The notes: generated from the sequence alone by a model not told the origin. Positions 22,384 to 33,142 are shown, numbered from the stretch's first letter. The stretch: 64,000 nucleotides of DNA from an uncultured Gemmatimonadales bacterium (GCA_963851265.1 CAWKNZ010000002.1:1248001-1312000), one strand, 5' to 3'. Numbers and translations: made by a program.

Positions 22384-23766
22384 GTGACTGACCCGCACTC
22401 TTCCGACCGCGTCGTGCGCGTCGCTTCCGGCCAGGGCTTCTGGGGCGACTCGCTCGACGCCCCGCGCCAGCAGGTCGACGGCGGACCGGTCGACTATCTC
22501 ATGCTCGACTACCTCGCCGAGGTCACGATGTCCATTCTGCAGAAGCAGAAGGAACGCGACCCGGCGATGGGGTACGCGAGGGACTTCCTCGGCGCGATCG
22601 AGAGCGTGCTCCCGGCGATCACCGACCGGGGCGTCCGCGTCATCGCCAACGCGGGCGGAGTGAACCCGGAGGCGTGCGCGCACGCGGTGCTCGGCGTCGC
22701 CGAGCGGCACGGCGTGCGGGGCAAGCTGCGGGTGGGCGTGATCACCGGCGACGACCTCCTGCCGCGCCTCGACGCACTGCTCGCGGGTGGGCACGAACTC
22801 CGGAACATGGACACCGGAGCGCCGCTCGACACGGTGCGCGACCGCGTGCTCTCGGCGAACGCCTACATCGGATCGACGCCGATCGTCGAAGCGTTAGGCC
22901 GCGGCGCGAACGTCGTCGTCACCGGCCGCTCGACCGACACCGCGCTCACCATGGCGCCGCTGCGCCACGAGTTCGGGTGGGCCGCCGACGACTGGAACCG
23001 ACTCGCCGCGGGTATCGTGGCCGGCCACATTCTCGAGTGCGGCGCGCAGTCGTCGGGCGGCAACTGCCTCTACGACTGGCGCGAGATCCCTGACCTCGCC
23101 GACGTCGGCTACCCGATCGCGGAGGCGTCGTCGGACGGGTCGTTCGTCATCACGAAACACCCCGGCACCGGCGGGCGCGTGTCGTTCCACTCCGTGGCCG
23201 AACAACTCGTGTACGAGATGGGCGACCCGCACGCCTACATCACGCCCGACGTGGTCGCCGACTTCACGTCCATCCGCCTCGAAGAGGTCGGCCCCGACCG
23301 CGTGCGCGTGCACGGCATCACGGGCGGCCCCGCGACGGACAAGCTGAAGGTGTCGATCGCGTACCGCAGCGGGTGGAAGGCGGTCGGGACGCTCGTGTAC
23401 GCCTGGCCCGACGCGTACGAGAAGGCGCAGGTCGCGGATCGCGTGCTGCGCGAACGCCTCGACCGCCTCGGACTCCGGTTCGACGAGGTGCTGACCGAGT
23501 ACGTCGGCGCGAACGCGACGCACGGTGTGCTGGCCGGCGCGCCCGCGCCGGACCTCGCCGAGGTGCAGCTGCGGGTGGGGGTGCGCGGCGACGACCGCCG
23601 CGCGGTCGAACGCTTCACGCGCGAGCTCGCGCCGCTCGTGCTCAACGGACCGCCGAGCGTGACCGGGTTCGCCGGTGGGCGGCCGAAGGTCGAGGAGGTC
23701 GTCGCGTACTGGCCGGCGCTGGTCGACAAGACCGTCGTCCAGACGCGGGTCGAGGTGCTCGCGTGA
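22384..23766 (+). CDS. Acyclic terpene utilization AtuA family protein
   Basis: [52 protein letters not shown]. Confidence 0.88.
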   Translation: MTDPHSSDRVVRVASGQGFWGDSLDAPRQQVDGGPVDYLMLDYLAEVTMSILQKQKERDPAMGYARDFLGAIESVLPAITDRGVRVIANAGGVNPEACAHAVLGVAERHGVRGKLRVGVITGDDLLPRLDALLAGGHELRNMDTGAPLDTVRDRVLSANAYIGSTPIVEALGRGANVVVTGRSTDTALTMAPLRHEFGWAADDWNRLAAGIVAGHILECGAQSSGGNCLYDWREIPDLADVGYPIAEASSDGSFVITKHPGTGGRVSFHSVAEQLVYEMGDPHAYITPDVVADFTSIRLEEVGPDRVRVHGITGGPATDKLKVSIAYRSGWKAVGTLVYAWPDAYEKAQVADRVLRERLDRLGLRFDEVLTEYVGANATHGVLAGAPAPDLAEVQLRVGVRGDDRRAVERFTRELAPLVLNGPPSVTGFAGGRPKVEEVVAYWPALVDKTVVQTRVEVLA

Positions 23767-24128
23767 GCGCGGCCACGGTCCGGGTTCGCCTGCTCGACAT
23801 CGCCCACGCGCGCTCGGGCGACAAGGGCGACACGGCCAACGTGGGGCTCATCGCCCTCCGCCCGGAGTGGTATTCCATCCTCGCCGAGCACGTCACGCGC
23901 GAGCGCGTCGTGGAACACTTTCGGGGCGTCATCAACGGCGACGTGGTGCGCTTCGAACTCCCGAACCTGCTCGCTCTCAACTTCCTGCTCCACGGCGCGC
24001 TCGGCGGCGGCGGCACGCTGTCGCTGAAGACCGACGCGCAGGGCAAGGTGTACTCGACCGCGTTGCTCCGGCTCGTGCTCGACCTCGACGCGGACGCCGC
24101 GGCACGCCTAGGCCTTCCGGTCCGGTAA
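23763..24128 (+). CDS. Small AtuA-related protein (C-terminal-domain-like)
   Basis: [35 protein letters not shown]. Confidence 0.85.
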   Translation: MSAATVRVRLLDIAHARSGDKGDTANVGLIALRPEWYSILAEHVTRERVVEHFRGVINGDVVRFELPNLLALNFLLHGALGGGGTLSLKTDAQGKVYSTALLRLVLDLDADAAARLGLPVR

Positions 24129-24137
24129 GCAGAACTC

Positions 24138-24305
24138 GTGAACGCCGTCACACGGGCGAAGCTGGCGCTCGCCGTCATGGCCGCGGTGTTTTTCGCGGGC
24201 TCGTTGCGCTCCGGCGCAGACTGGCCGCGGTGGGTCGCCATCGCCCTGCTCGCGGCAGCCGTCCTCCTCCGCTTCATCGGCCCCCGCGCTGGGAACCGCA
24301 CGTGA
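24138..24305 (+). CDS. Small 55-aa two-TM hypothetical membrane protein (absent from the ORF track)
   Basis: GTG 24138 to TGA 24305: MNAVTRAKLALAVMAAVFFAGSLRSGADWPRWVAIALLAAAVLLRFIGPRAGNRT; fills the gap, GTGA-coupled to the next gene. Confidence 0.65.
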   Translation: MNAVTRAKLALAVMAAVFFAGSLRSGADWPRWVAIALLAAAVLLRFIGPRAGNRT

Positions 24306-25312
24306 TTCTACAATCTGAAAGCGCCACGCTCGATTGGGCCGGCATCGGATCGCAGTTCGTCACCTACCTCGGCAATTTCGCGCTCTACGGCGCGCTCGGC
24401 GCCCGCGCAGTGGCGCCGCGCATCGCAGCCGCCGGGGCGGACGCCCCGTCGCGGACGCGGAACTGGGCCAGTCGGGCCGGCGCACGCACCGCGACGATCG
24501 GCATCGTCGGCGCGGGCATCCAGCTCGGTGCGACGCTGCTCGAAGCCGCGAAGCGCGCCGGCGAGCAGCAGCACGCGCCGGGGGGGCCTCCGCACGGCGG
24601 ACCGTCGATCGTGCTGCCGCTCGCGCTCCTTGCGGCGTCGCTCGTCGGGTTCGTACTCGCGCGCTTTCGGGTGCGCGCAGGATGGTGGCTCGCGGGCCTC
24701 GCGGCCCTGGCCCTCGCCCTCGGTCCGGCGGCACAGGGGCAGTGGACGCGGCTGATCAACCCGCTGCACATCCTCGCCGGCGGACTGTGGCTCGGAACGC
24801 TCGCCGTGCTCGTCGGGGCGTTCTTCCCGCTCTTGCTGCGCGGAGACGCCGTGGGGAGCGATCCCGACGTTCGACCGGGCGGGTCGCGGCTCGACGCCGT
24901 GGTGCGCCGCTTTTCGAAGCTCGCGCTCGCATCCTCCGCGCTGCTCGTCGTGACCGGCGTGACCACGGCATGGCGGCACCTCGGGTCGCTCGACGCACTC
25001 TGGACGACGCCGTACGGGTGGGCCCTCGACGTCAAGCTCCTCGTCGTGGCGAGCATCGCCGCATTCGGCTTCTACAACTGGCGCGTCGCGACGCCGGCAT
25101 TGAGCGCCGGATCGGGCGACGCGCGCCTCGCGCGCGCGTCGCTGCGCGAGGTCTCGCTCGGAGTGCTCGTGCTCGTGGTGACGGCCGTGCTCGTTTCGTT
25201 ACCCGCGCCCGCCGAGGAGCGCGCCCATGCGCACAACGCGCACGCGGCGCCGGACGGCCACGCCGGTCCCGCCGCGTCGCCCGGCGCCAGCGGGCACGAC
25301 GACGCGCACTGA
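24302..25312 (+). CDS. CopD-family membrane protein with His-rich C-tail
   Basis: LHILAGGLWLGTL, RRFSKLA, LWTTPYGWALDVKLL; tail AHAHNAHAAPDGH...GHDDAH. Confidence 0.8.
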   Translation: MILQSESATLDWAGIGSQFVTYLGNFALYGALGARAVAPRIAAAGADAPSRTRNWASRAGARTATIGIVGAGIQLGATLLEAAKRAGEQQHAPGGPPHGGPSIVLPLALLAASLVGFVLARFRVRAGWWLAGLAALALALGPAAQGQWTRLINPLHILAGGLWLGTLAVLVGAFFPLLLRGDAVGSDPDVRPGGSRLDAVVRRFSKLALASSALLVVTGVTTAWRHLGSLDALWTTPYGWALDVKLLVVASIAAFGFYNWRVATPALSAGSGDARLARASLREVSLGVLVLVVTAVLVSLPAPAEERAHAHNAHAAPDGHAGPAASPGASGHDDAH

Positions 25313-25485
25313 CACGCGGCGAGGCGCGCGGTCAGACGCGACGTACGAACTCGCGCGGACGATCCGGGTAGTGCTGAGGGCCGGCGGTGCGTGACACCGC
25401 CGGCCCTCGCGCGTGCGTACGCGCGCTGCCCACGCGCGGACCACGCGCGTGCGCAGCACCCTAAGTCGTTATAGGTTGGGATGTT

Positions 25486-28032
25486 ATGAGCGTGAACCCG
25501 GTTCCCGAACTCCTCGCGCCAGCGGGCACGCTGGACGCCGTGCGCGCCGCCGTCGCGAACGGCGCCGACGCGGTGTACCTCGGCGCGTCGCGGTTCAACG
25601 CGCGCGACGACGGCGCGCAGCTCACGCTCGACGAGCTCGAGGAGGCGTGCGCGATCGCGCATGCGCGCGGCGCGCGCGTCTACCTCACGTTCAACATCCT
25701 CATCAAGCCGGCCGAACTGACTGACGCGCTCACATACCTCGGCGAGTGCGTCGATCGCGGGATCGATGCGGCGATCGTGCAGGACATCGGGATCGTTGGC
25801 CTCATCCAGCGCGTCTACCCCGAGCTGGAAGTCCACGGGTCGACGCAGATGACCGTGCATGACGCGAGCGGGGCCGCGGTGATGGAGCGCCTCGGCGTGC
25901 AGCGCGTCGTGCTCGCGCGCGAAAACACGCTCGACGACGTGCGTGCCATCCGTTCGGCGGTTCCGGACCTCGGGCTCGAGACGTTCGTCCACGGGGCGCT
26001 CTGCATCTCGTACTCCGGGCAGTGCTTCATGTCGGGCATGATCTCGGAACGTTCGGCCAACCGCGGCGCGTGCGTGCAGTCGTGCCGCAAGGACTACACG
26101 CTCGACGACGTGCTCACGGGCCAGGAACTCGATCGCGGCTACCTGATCTCCGCGAAGGATCTCGCGGCGCACGACCACCTGCCCGCGCTCGCCGAACTCG
26201 GGGTCGGGTGTCTCAAGATCGAAGGGCGGAAAAAGCGCCCCGAGTACGTCGCCACCGTTACGCAGGGGTACCGCACGTGGCTCGACCGGATCGCGGCGGG
26301 CGCGTGGACGGCGGCCCCGAGCGTCGACGAGACGCAGCCGCTGGTGCAGATCTTCTCGCGAGGGTTCACCGGCGGGATGTACGGCGGCCGAGCCGGGCGC
26401 GGGTACATCACGCGCGACCAACCGGACAACGCCGGCGTGACGTTAGGCGTGGTCGTCGGTCGTGACCGCGGGGATCTACTGGTGGAGGTGAGCGAGGCGT
26501 TCGCACCCGGCGACGGTATCGGTCTGGAGCCGCCGCCGGGCACCCGCGCACGCAGCACCGGGTTCACGATCGACGCGGTGCGCACGCTCGCGACGCGCGG
26601 CGGCGTCACGCGCCAGGCGCTCGGCGCGCGCGCGGCCGCCGGGAGTACCCAGGGCGGATCGCTCCTCGGCTGGCGCGTGGTGCGCACGTCGCACGCCGCG
26701 CTGCTCGAACGCGCGCGCGCGAGCTACGCCGCGCTCCCGAGCGACGCGCGGGCGCGGAAGGCGCGTCTGGACGTGCGTGTGTTCGGCGCGGCGGGTGCGC
26801 CGCTCAAGGCCGTCTTCACGAGCGGCGATGACTCCGTGACGGTGCGCAGCGAACTGCCGCTCGCGCACGCCAGCAAGCGGGAGCTCGACGCTGCGGTGCT
26901 CCGCGAACAGCTCGGGCGCCTCGGCGAGACGCCGTTCGCGCTCGGGGCGGTCGACACGGCGGCGCTCGCGTCGGGTCTCTTTCTCCCCGTGAGTGAACTC
27001 AACCGGCTCCGTCAGGCCGCAACCGACGAGCTGATGACGCACCGCGATTGGGCGCGCGCGTCCGATCTCGCCGACCGCGCCGAGCGGATCGCGGGTGCCG
27101 TGCGCACGGTCGCGGTCACGCGTCAGGCGCACGCGGCGAGCGCCACTGAAGGACTCGCCGGAGCTACCGCGGCACCGTTCGCGCTCCGCGCCTCCGTCTA
27201 CGATCTCGGCGATGCGCGCGCGGCGGCCGCGGCGGGCGCGACCGAGATCGTCCTCGACCCATTCCTCCGCCACCCCACGCCCCCGCTGGCGCGCGTGCGG
27301 GCGCTCGCCGACGATCTGCGAGCCGAGGGCGTCGGACTGCGCCTGCGCACGCCGACGATCGTACGGCCCGCCGAGCGGCGCGTGGTCGACAAGTGGCTCG
27401 CGCTCGGCCTCCCGACGCTCACCGGGCACCTCGGCCTGCTCGCCGAACTCGGCGCGGGCGGAGCGGACGTGATCGGTGATTACGCGCTCAACGTGTTCAA
27501 CGAGCACACGGCGGCGGGGCTGTTCGCGCTCGGCGCGACCGGCCTCACGCTGTCCGTCGAACTCACCATGGACGAGATGACGCAGCTCGTCGCGCCGTGG
27601 AGCGGGGCGGGGTTCGACGTGTTCGTCTACGGCCGCCCCGAAGGGATGACCATCGAGCACTGCGTGCTCTCGGCCGCGTTCGATCGCACGCCGACGACGT
27701 GCCGCGATCTGTGCGTGCAGAAGCACGCGAACGTCGCGATCACCGATCCGCACGGCTACACGTTCGCCGTGGCGACGGATTCGGCGTGCCGCAACCGACT
27801 GCTGCATTCGCGACCGGTCGATGGCTCCGAGTACCTCCCGCGCCTGTGGCGTGCGGGCGTGCGCGGTTACCAACTCGTGTTCAACGTTCCGGGCGCGCCG
27901 GTCGGCGACGTGGTCCGGGCGACGCGCGGCGCGCTCGACGCCCTGGTCGGTGCTGAACGCCCGGACCTCGCCGCGGTTCGCGCCGCCGTCGGGCCAGAAT
28001 TCACGCGAGGGCACTTCGCGCGTGCGGTTTGA
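25486..28032 (+). CDS. U32 peptidase-family Fe-S protein (RlhA-like long form)
   Basis: ELLAPAG, GADAVYLG, HGSTQMTV, HGALCISYSGQC...SANRGACVQSCR, LKIEGRKK, QLGRLGETPF. Confidence 0.9.
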   Translation: MSVNPVPELLAPAGTLDAVRAAVANGADAVYLGASRFNARDDGAQLTLDELEEACAIAHARGARVYLTFNILIKPAELTDALTYLGECVDRGIDAAIVQDIGIVGLIQRVYPELEVHGSTQMTVHDASGAAVMERLGVQRVVLARENTLDDVRAIRSAVPDLGLETFVHGALCISYSGQCFMSGMISERSANRGACVQSCRKDYTLDDVLTGQELDRGYLISAKDLAAHDHLPALAELGVGCLKIEGRKKRPEYVATVTQGYRTWLDRIAAGAWTAAPSVDETQPLVQIFSRGFTGGMYGGRAGRGYITRDQPDNAGVTLGVVVGRDRGDLLVEVSEAFAPGDGIGLEPPPGTRARSTGFTIDAVRTLATRGGVTRQALGARAAAGSTQGGSLLGWRVVRTSHAALLERARASYAALPSDARARKARLDVRVFGAAGAPLKAVFTSGDDSVTVRSELPLAHASKRELDAAVLREQLGRLGETPFALGAVDTAALASGLFLPVSELNRLRQAATDELMTHRDWARASDLADRAERIAGAVRTVAVTRQAHAASATEGLAGATAAPFALRASVYDLGDARAAAAAGATEIVLDPFLRHPTPPLARVRALADDLRAEGVGLRLRTPTIVRPAERRVVDKWLALGLPTLTGHLGLLAELGAGGADVIGDYALNVFNEHTAAGLFALGATGLTLSVELTMDEMTQLVAPWSGAGFDVFVYGRPEGMTIEHCVLSAAFDRTPTTCRDLCVQKHANVAITDPHGYTFAVATDSACRNRLLHSRPVDGSEYLPRLWRAGVRGYQLVFNVPGAPVGDVVRATRGALDALVGAERPDLAAVRAAVGPEFTRGHFARAV

Positions 28033-28131
28033 AGATCGTCAGGTGAGACGCACGCGACGGTGCAACGGAACGGGCGAGTCAGCGACGTCGGACCCTCGTT
28101 CGCGCGCGGGCTCGGCAGTAGCGTCTCGGGC

Positions 28132-30255
28132 ATGACCGCCGCTCCAAGCCGCGCGGGTTCCACCGCGCCGACCCTCGACGACGCGCGCGCACTGCTCCGC
28201 GCACGCTTCCACTTCGAGGAGTTCCGTCCCGGACAGGAGCGCGCGCTCGCCGCAGTCCTCGACGGCCGCGATGCGGTCGTGATCATGCCGACCGGTGGCG
28301 GGAAGTCGCTCTGCTATCAGGTGCCCGCGCTCCTGCTGCCCGGGCTGACCGTCGTCGTCAGCCCGCTCATCTCGCTCATGAAGGACCAGGTCGACGCGCT
28401 CACGGCGCGCGGCCTCCCCGCCGCGTTCGTCAACAGCACACTCACGAGCGCGCAGGCATCGGAGCGCTTCCAGCGAGCGGCGCGCGGCGAATTGAAGCTC
28501 CTGTACGTGGCGCCCGAGCGGTTCGACTTCGGCAACACCGCCGACCGCCTGCGCGACATCGGGGTGTCGCTGCTCGCCGTGGACGAGGCGCACTGCATCA
28601 GCGAGTGGGGACACGACTTCCGCCCGAGCTATCTGCGCATGCGCTCCGTGCGCGAGCGACTCGGCGACCCCACCACGATCGCGCTCACGGCGACGGCGAC
28701 GCCCGAAGTGCGGCGCGACATCGAGGCCCAACTCGGGCTGAACGATCCCGAACGCGTCGTCACCGGCTTCGACCGCACCAACCTGCATTACCACGTCGTG
28801 CGCGTGAAGAACGACGCGGAAAAGGACGCCGCGCTCGTGGACGTGCTCGATCGCAACCCCGGGCTCGCGATCGTGTACGCGGCGACGCGGAAGGCCGTCG
28901 AGCGCGTGACCGGCGTGTTGACGCGCGCGCGTGTTGCGGCCGTGGGCTACCACGCGGGTCTCGATGACGCGCACCGCCAGGACGTGCAGGACGCCTTCAT
29001 GAACGAGAAGGTGCGCGCGATCGTCGCGACCAACGCGTTCGGCATGGGCATCGACAAGCCGAACGTTCGCGTGGTCGTGCACCACGCGATGCCGGGGTCG
29101 CTCGAGGCGTATTACCAGGAGGCGGGCCGTGCGGGGCGCGACGGACAGCCAAGCGAGGTGTTCCTGCTCCACTCGTTCCCGGACCGGTTCACGCACGAGT
29201 TCTTCATCAAGGGTGCCTATCCCGAGCGCCCGTTCGTCGAACGCGTGTTCGAGAAGCTCCGGCGCGAGGCCGACCGCAGCGGCCAGATCGGCGCGGTCGA
29301 CACGGGGCGAATCGCGAACGCGCTGCCCGACAAGGCGGGCCCGCGTGACGTCGAGAGCGCGATCCGGCTGCTCTCCACGGCGAACGCGCTGCGCGCCGAG
29401 TCGGAGTCGCCGTCTCGGGTGTGGGTGCGGCTCCTCGCCACACCCGACCGCATCAAGCGCGAGCTCACCGAGCACGGCGAACTCGAACTCCTTCGCGCGA
29501 TCTGGCGCGCCGCCGGCAAGCAGCTTGAGACGGGTGCGACGGTCGAACTCGACGCGTTGCCGCCGGGGTTCGGCGGCGGCCAGGGCGCGCTCCCGATCCT
29601 CGAAGCGTTGCAGTCGCGCCAGTTCGTGCACGTGGAGCGCGCCGGCGGCGGACTGCGCCTCGCCGACCCGCAGCTCACCGCGGCCGAACTGCGCATCGAT
29701 TGGACCGCGCTCGACCGGCGCCGGCGCGGCGAGTTGGGCAAGCTCGACGCCGTGCAGAAGTACGCGTACCACACGCGCTGCCGCCGCGAGTTCGTGCTGC
29801 GCTACTTCGGCGACCCGGCCGCGCGCGCGGAGTGCGCGGGGTGCGACAACTGCCTCGGGATCACGCACACGGTCGAGGCCGCGGCCGCCGCACCGCGGAC
29901 CAAGCGGCGCGCGCCGGCGCCCGCGTTCGGCGAGACGGTAACGGCGGGCGCGGGGCGCGCGCGTCCGGCGTCGGATCCGTCCGCGCCGGCCCCGAGCGAC
30001 ATCGTGTTGAGCGCGGCGGACAGCGCGCTGCTGGCACGGCTCAAGACGCTGCGCGGCGAGATCGCGCGCGCGGACAAGGTGCCCGCGTACGTCGTGTTCC
30101 CGGACCGCACCTTGGCCGAGTTCGCCGTCCGCCGCCCCCGCACACTCGCCACGATGGGCGACGTGCGAGGCGTCGGACCGGCCAAACTGGAGAAGTACGG
30201 CGAGCGATTCCTCGCCGCAGTGCGCGACGGCGCTGGCGTCGATGACGCGGCCTGA
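28132..30255 (+). CDS. recQ: RecQ-family ATP-dependent DNA helicase
   Basis: MPTGGGKSLCYQ, VDEAHCISEWGHDFRPSY, QEAGRAGRDG, CRR...CAGCDNC, C-terminal HRDC (VPAYVVFPD). Confidence 0.93.
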   Translation: MTAAPSRAGSTAPTLDDARALLRARFHFEEFRPGQERALAAVLDGRDAVVIMPTGGGKSLCYQVPALLLPGLTVVVSPLISLMKDQVDALTARGLPAAFVNSTLTSAQASERFQRAARGELKLLYVAPERFDFGNTADRLRDIGVSLLAVDEAHCISEWGHDFRPSYLRMRSVRERLGDPTTIALTATATPEVRRDIEAQLGLNDPERVVTGFDRTNLHYHVVRVKNDAEKDAALVDVLDRNPGLAIVYAATRKAVERVTGVLTRARVAAVGYHAGLDDAHRQDVQDAFMNEKVRAIVATNAFGMGIDKPNVRVVVHHAMPGSLEAYYQEAGRAGRDGQPSEVFLLHSFPDRFTHEFFIKGAYPERPFVERVFEKLRREADRSGQIGAVDTGRIANALPDKAGPRDVESAIRLLSTANALRAESESPSRVWVRLLATPDRIKRELTEHGELELLRAIWRAAGKQLETGATVELDALPPGFGGGQGALPILEALQSRQFVHVERAGGGLRLADPQLTAAELRIDWTALDRRRRGELGKLDAVQKYAYHTRCRREFVLRYFGDPAARAECAGCDNCLGITHTVEAAAAAPRTKRRAPAPAFGETVTAGAGRARPASDPSAPAPSDIVLSAADSALLARLKTLRGEIARADKVPAYVVFPDRTLAEFAVRRPRTLATMGDVRGVGPAKLEKYGERFLAAVRDGAGVDDAA

Positions 30256-30432
30256 GCGCGCTTCCTAACGCGCCGAAGTCCCCTCGGCGACCGGCGCGGA
30301 GGGCGACGGCGCGCCGCGATCGACTCTCGTCCCAGCCGCGCGACGGGGATGCCGCCGCGCCGTCCCCGGCGAGAACCTGTCCGCCGCGTTGCCTCCGAGG
30401 GTGGTGCCGAGACCGTCCGGCTCGCGTCGGCG

Positions 30433-30810
30433 TTAGGTGGCCCGAGCGCCGCTCGACATCTCCTCCGGGCGCGTCAACGCGCCGACGACGAGCCCCGCGA
30501 CACCGATCGCGACGAACGTGTTGCGCGCCCGCGCGTCTTCGGCGAACCCGAACAGCCACGGCGCGGCGACCGCGAGGGCACTCACCGCCGCGTCGAGCCC
30601 CAAGTGCACCCTGAATGGGATCACGCGCACGACGCCCCACTCGGCGCGCGTCAGGAGCGTCGACAGGAGCACGCCCGCACTGAGCGCGCGCGCGAGTTGC
30701 GCCGGAACGCTGTCGGCGTCGAAACCGACGGCGGCCGGCGCGGCGGCAACCGCCGGGATGTACGCCCAGTCGACGGCGCCGTGTTGCTCGCGGGAGAGCG
30801 GCTGTTGCAT
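30433..30810 (-). CDS. Small hypothetical membrane protein (SPW-repeat-like)
   Basis: HGAVDW...TRAEWGVVRVIPFRVHLGLD...APWLFGF; several hydrophobic segments. Confidence 0.7.
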   Translation of the reverse strand: MQQPLSREQHGAVDWAYIPAVAAAPAAVGFDADSVPAQLARALSAGVLLSTLLTRAEWGVVRVIPFRVHLGLDAAVSALAVAAPWLFGFAEDARARNTFVAIGVAGLVVGALTRPEEMSSGARAT

Positions 30811-31304
30811 CGGGATAAGTGGCAGCGATGTGGAAGGAGGTCTGGTCGCGGCGGCCGGTCGCGGCGCACGTTGCCAACGTGCCCGTCAACCGCTCGCAGC
30901 GACCGGCACGGCGGTCCGCCGTGAAGCGGTCCCGTCATCCGGGGGTATCATCATCCGACAACCGGGCGATCGCAGGCCCGGGCGGCGCGGAGCGATCCGG
31001 ACGACGTGGCCGTGCTTCGGCGGTGTTGCGACCGTGCGAGCGGGTGCTGGAGGTGGCGCGTGCGCCGCTCGGTTCAAGTCGCCCGCACGCCGTCCAACGC
31101 GCGCCCGCGTTGCAATACCGCCGCCCGTACGGCGCCAGCTGCACGAGAACCCGTTCCCGCGCGGCCGAGCGGCACGGCCGAGCCCCCGCTACCGTTGACC
31201 AGACGCTCGGGGCGGTCGACAGGCGTCGGGCCGTGCTGGTGCGCAGCCCTCGCGCTGATGAGCTTTCCCCCGCGCGACACGCGCGCCTCGTCTCTCGATT
31301 TCGT

Positions 31305-32537
31305 ATGGAAGATTCGCTGTACTTCAACGACCAGCACCTCGCCGTCCGCGACATGGTCCGCAGCTTCGCCCAGAGCGAGGTCGCGCCCGTCGCCGGGCAC
31401 TTCGACGAGGTCGCGCAGTTTCCGTGGGAGAACGTCAAGCGCATGGGCGAGCTCGGCCTGCTCGGCGTTCCCTGGCCGGAGGACGTCGGCGGCGCGGGCC
31501 TCGACCTCACGAGCTACATCATCGCGATTCACGAGATGGCCAAGGTCGACGCCTCGCACGCGATCACCATCTCGGCGCACACCACGCTCGGCACGTCGCC
31601 GATCTACTACTTCGGAAACGACGCACAGCGCGCGCGCTACATCCCGATGCTCGCGACCGGCCGCGTCCTGGGCGGTTTCGGCCTGACCGAGCCCGATGCC
31701 GGGAGCGACGCTGGGGGAACGCGTACGACCGCCGTACGGCGCAACGGGCACTACGTCCTGAACGGGTCCAAGCGGTTCATCACGCACGCGTCGGTCGGCG
31801 AAGTGTTCGTCGTCACCGCCGTGACCGACCCGACCGCCGGGACGCGCGGCATCAGCTCGTTCATCCTGACGAAGGAGACGTCGGATCTCGACAAGGTTCG
31901 CGGGCTCGGTATCGGCCACGACGCGTCGCTTCCGGCGCTGCCCGGGTTTCGTGCCGGAAAGAAGGAGGACAAGCTCGGCTGGCGAGCGTCCGACACGGCG
32001 GAGCTGATCTTCGAGGACGTCGAGGTACCCGCCGAGAATCTGCTCGGCACCGAGGGGCTCGGCTTCGTCAACTTCATGAAGACGCTCGACGCCGGTCGGA
32101 TCGGGATCGCCGCGCTCTCGCTCGGCCTCGCCGAAGGGGCGTTCGACCAGTCGCTGCGCTACACGTCGGAGCGCAAGCAGTTCGGGCAGGCGATCGTCAA
32201 CTTCCAGGGCGTGTCGTTTCCGCTCGCCGACATGGCGACCGAGATCGAGGCGGGACGGCACCTGCTGTATTCCGCGACGAAACTCGCGCAGGAAGGACGC
32301 CCGTTCGGGAAGGAGGCGGCGATGGCCAAGCTCTTCTGCTCGGAACTGTCGATGCGTGCGTCGATCAAGGCCATCCAGCTGCACGGCGGCTACGGCTACA
32401 CGAAAGACTACCCCGTCGAGCGCATGATGCGCGACGCGAAGATCTGCGAAATCGGTGAGGGTACGAGCGAGGTGCAACGCCTCGTCATCGCGCGCCACTT
32501 GCTGCGGGAACTCGCGCACGCCGAGGGCAACGCTTGA
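31305..32537 (+). CDS. Acyl-CoA dehydrogenase (short/branched-chain type)
   Basis: [53 protein letters not shown]. Confidence 0.93.
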   Translation: MEDSLYFNDQHLAVRDMVRSFAQSEVAPVAGHFDEVAQFPWENVKRMGELGLLGVPWPEDVGGAGLDLTSYIIAIHEMAKVDASHAITISAHTTLGTSPIYYFGNDAQRARYIPMLATGRVLGGFGLTEPDAGSDAGGTRTTAVRRNGHYVLNGSKRFITHASVGEVFVVTAVTDPTAGTRGISSFILTKETSDLDKVRGLGIGHDASLPALPGFRAGKKEDKLGWRASDTAELIFEDVEVPAENLLGTEGLGFVNFMKTLDAGRIGIAALSLGLAEGAFDQSLRYTSERKQFGQAIVNFQGVSFPLADMATEIEAGRHLLYSATKLAQEGRPFGKEAAMAKLFCSELSMRASIKAIQLHGGYGYTKDYPVERMMRDAKICEIGEGTSEVQRLVIARHLLRELAHAEGNA

Positions 32538-33142
32538 CCGATGCGACGGGCGCTCCAGAGCGCCCGAGGACCGCGCGCGCGAGCGCCGAACGGTCGAGCA
32601 AGTCGTGGCTCCAGCGCGCGCGTGTCCCGCTCGGATTCGTGGTCGGCGGACTCTACCTCTGGTTCGCCCGTCCCAACCCGACGACGCTCGGCCTCGGCGC
32701 GGTGATCGCGCTCGCGGGGGTGCTGATGCGCGCGTGGGCGGCCGGGCACATCGTCAAAAACGGACGCCTCGCGACGACCGGCCCGTACGCGCACACGCGA
32801 AATCCGCTCTACGTCGGCAGCTTTCTCATCGCGTGCGGCTTCGCGGTGATGGCGCAGCCGTGGCTGTTGCTCGTCGTGGCAGCGTTCTGGGCGTTCGTCT
32901 ACGGACCCGTGATGCGCCGCGAGGCCGAGCACGTCCGCGCGCTGCACCCGGAGGCGTATGCCGCGTGGGAACGCGGCGTCCCGATGTTCATGCCTCGTGT
33001 GACCCCGTGGCGCGCCGCGACCGAGACGCCGTCTCCGCGGTTCGATCCTCGGCTCTATCTCTATCATCGGGAATGGCAGGCCGGGCTCGTGTACGTGCTG
33101 GCCGTCATCTGGATGACGTTCCGCGTACGCCGCGGCTTCTGA
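32534..33142 (+). CDS. Isoprenylcysteine carboxylmethyltransferase/PEMT-family membrane protein
   Basis: [18 protein letters not shown] motif; multiple TM segments. Confidence 0.82.
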   Translation: MTDATGAPERPRTARASAERSSKSWLQRARVPLGFVVGGLYLWFARPNPTTLGLGAVIALAGVLMRAWAAGHIVKNGRLATTGPYAHTRNPLYVGSFLIACGFAVMAQPWLLLVVAAFWAFVYGPVMRREAEHVRALHPEAYAAWERGVPMFMPRVTPWRAATETPSPRFDPRLYLYHREWQAGLVYVLAVIWMTFRVRRGF

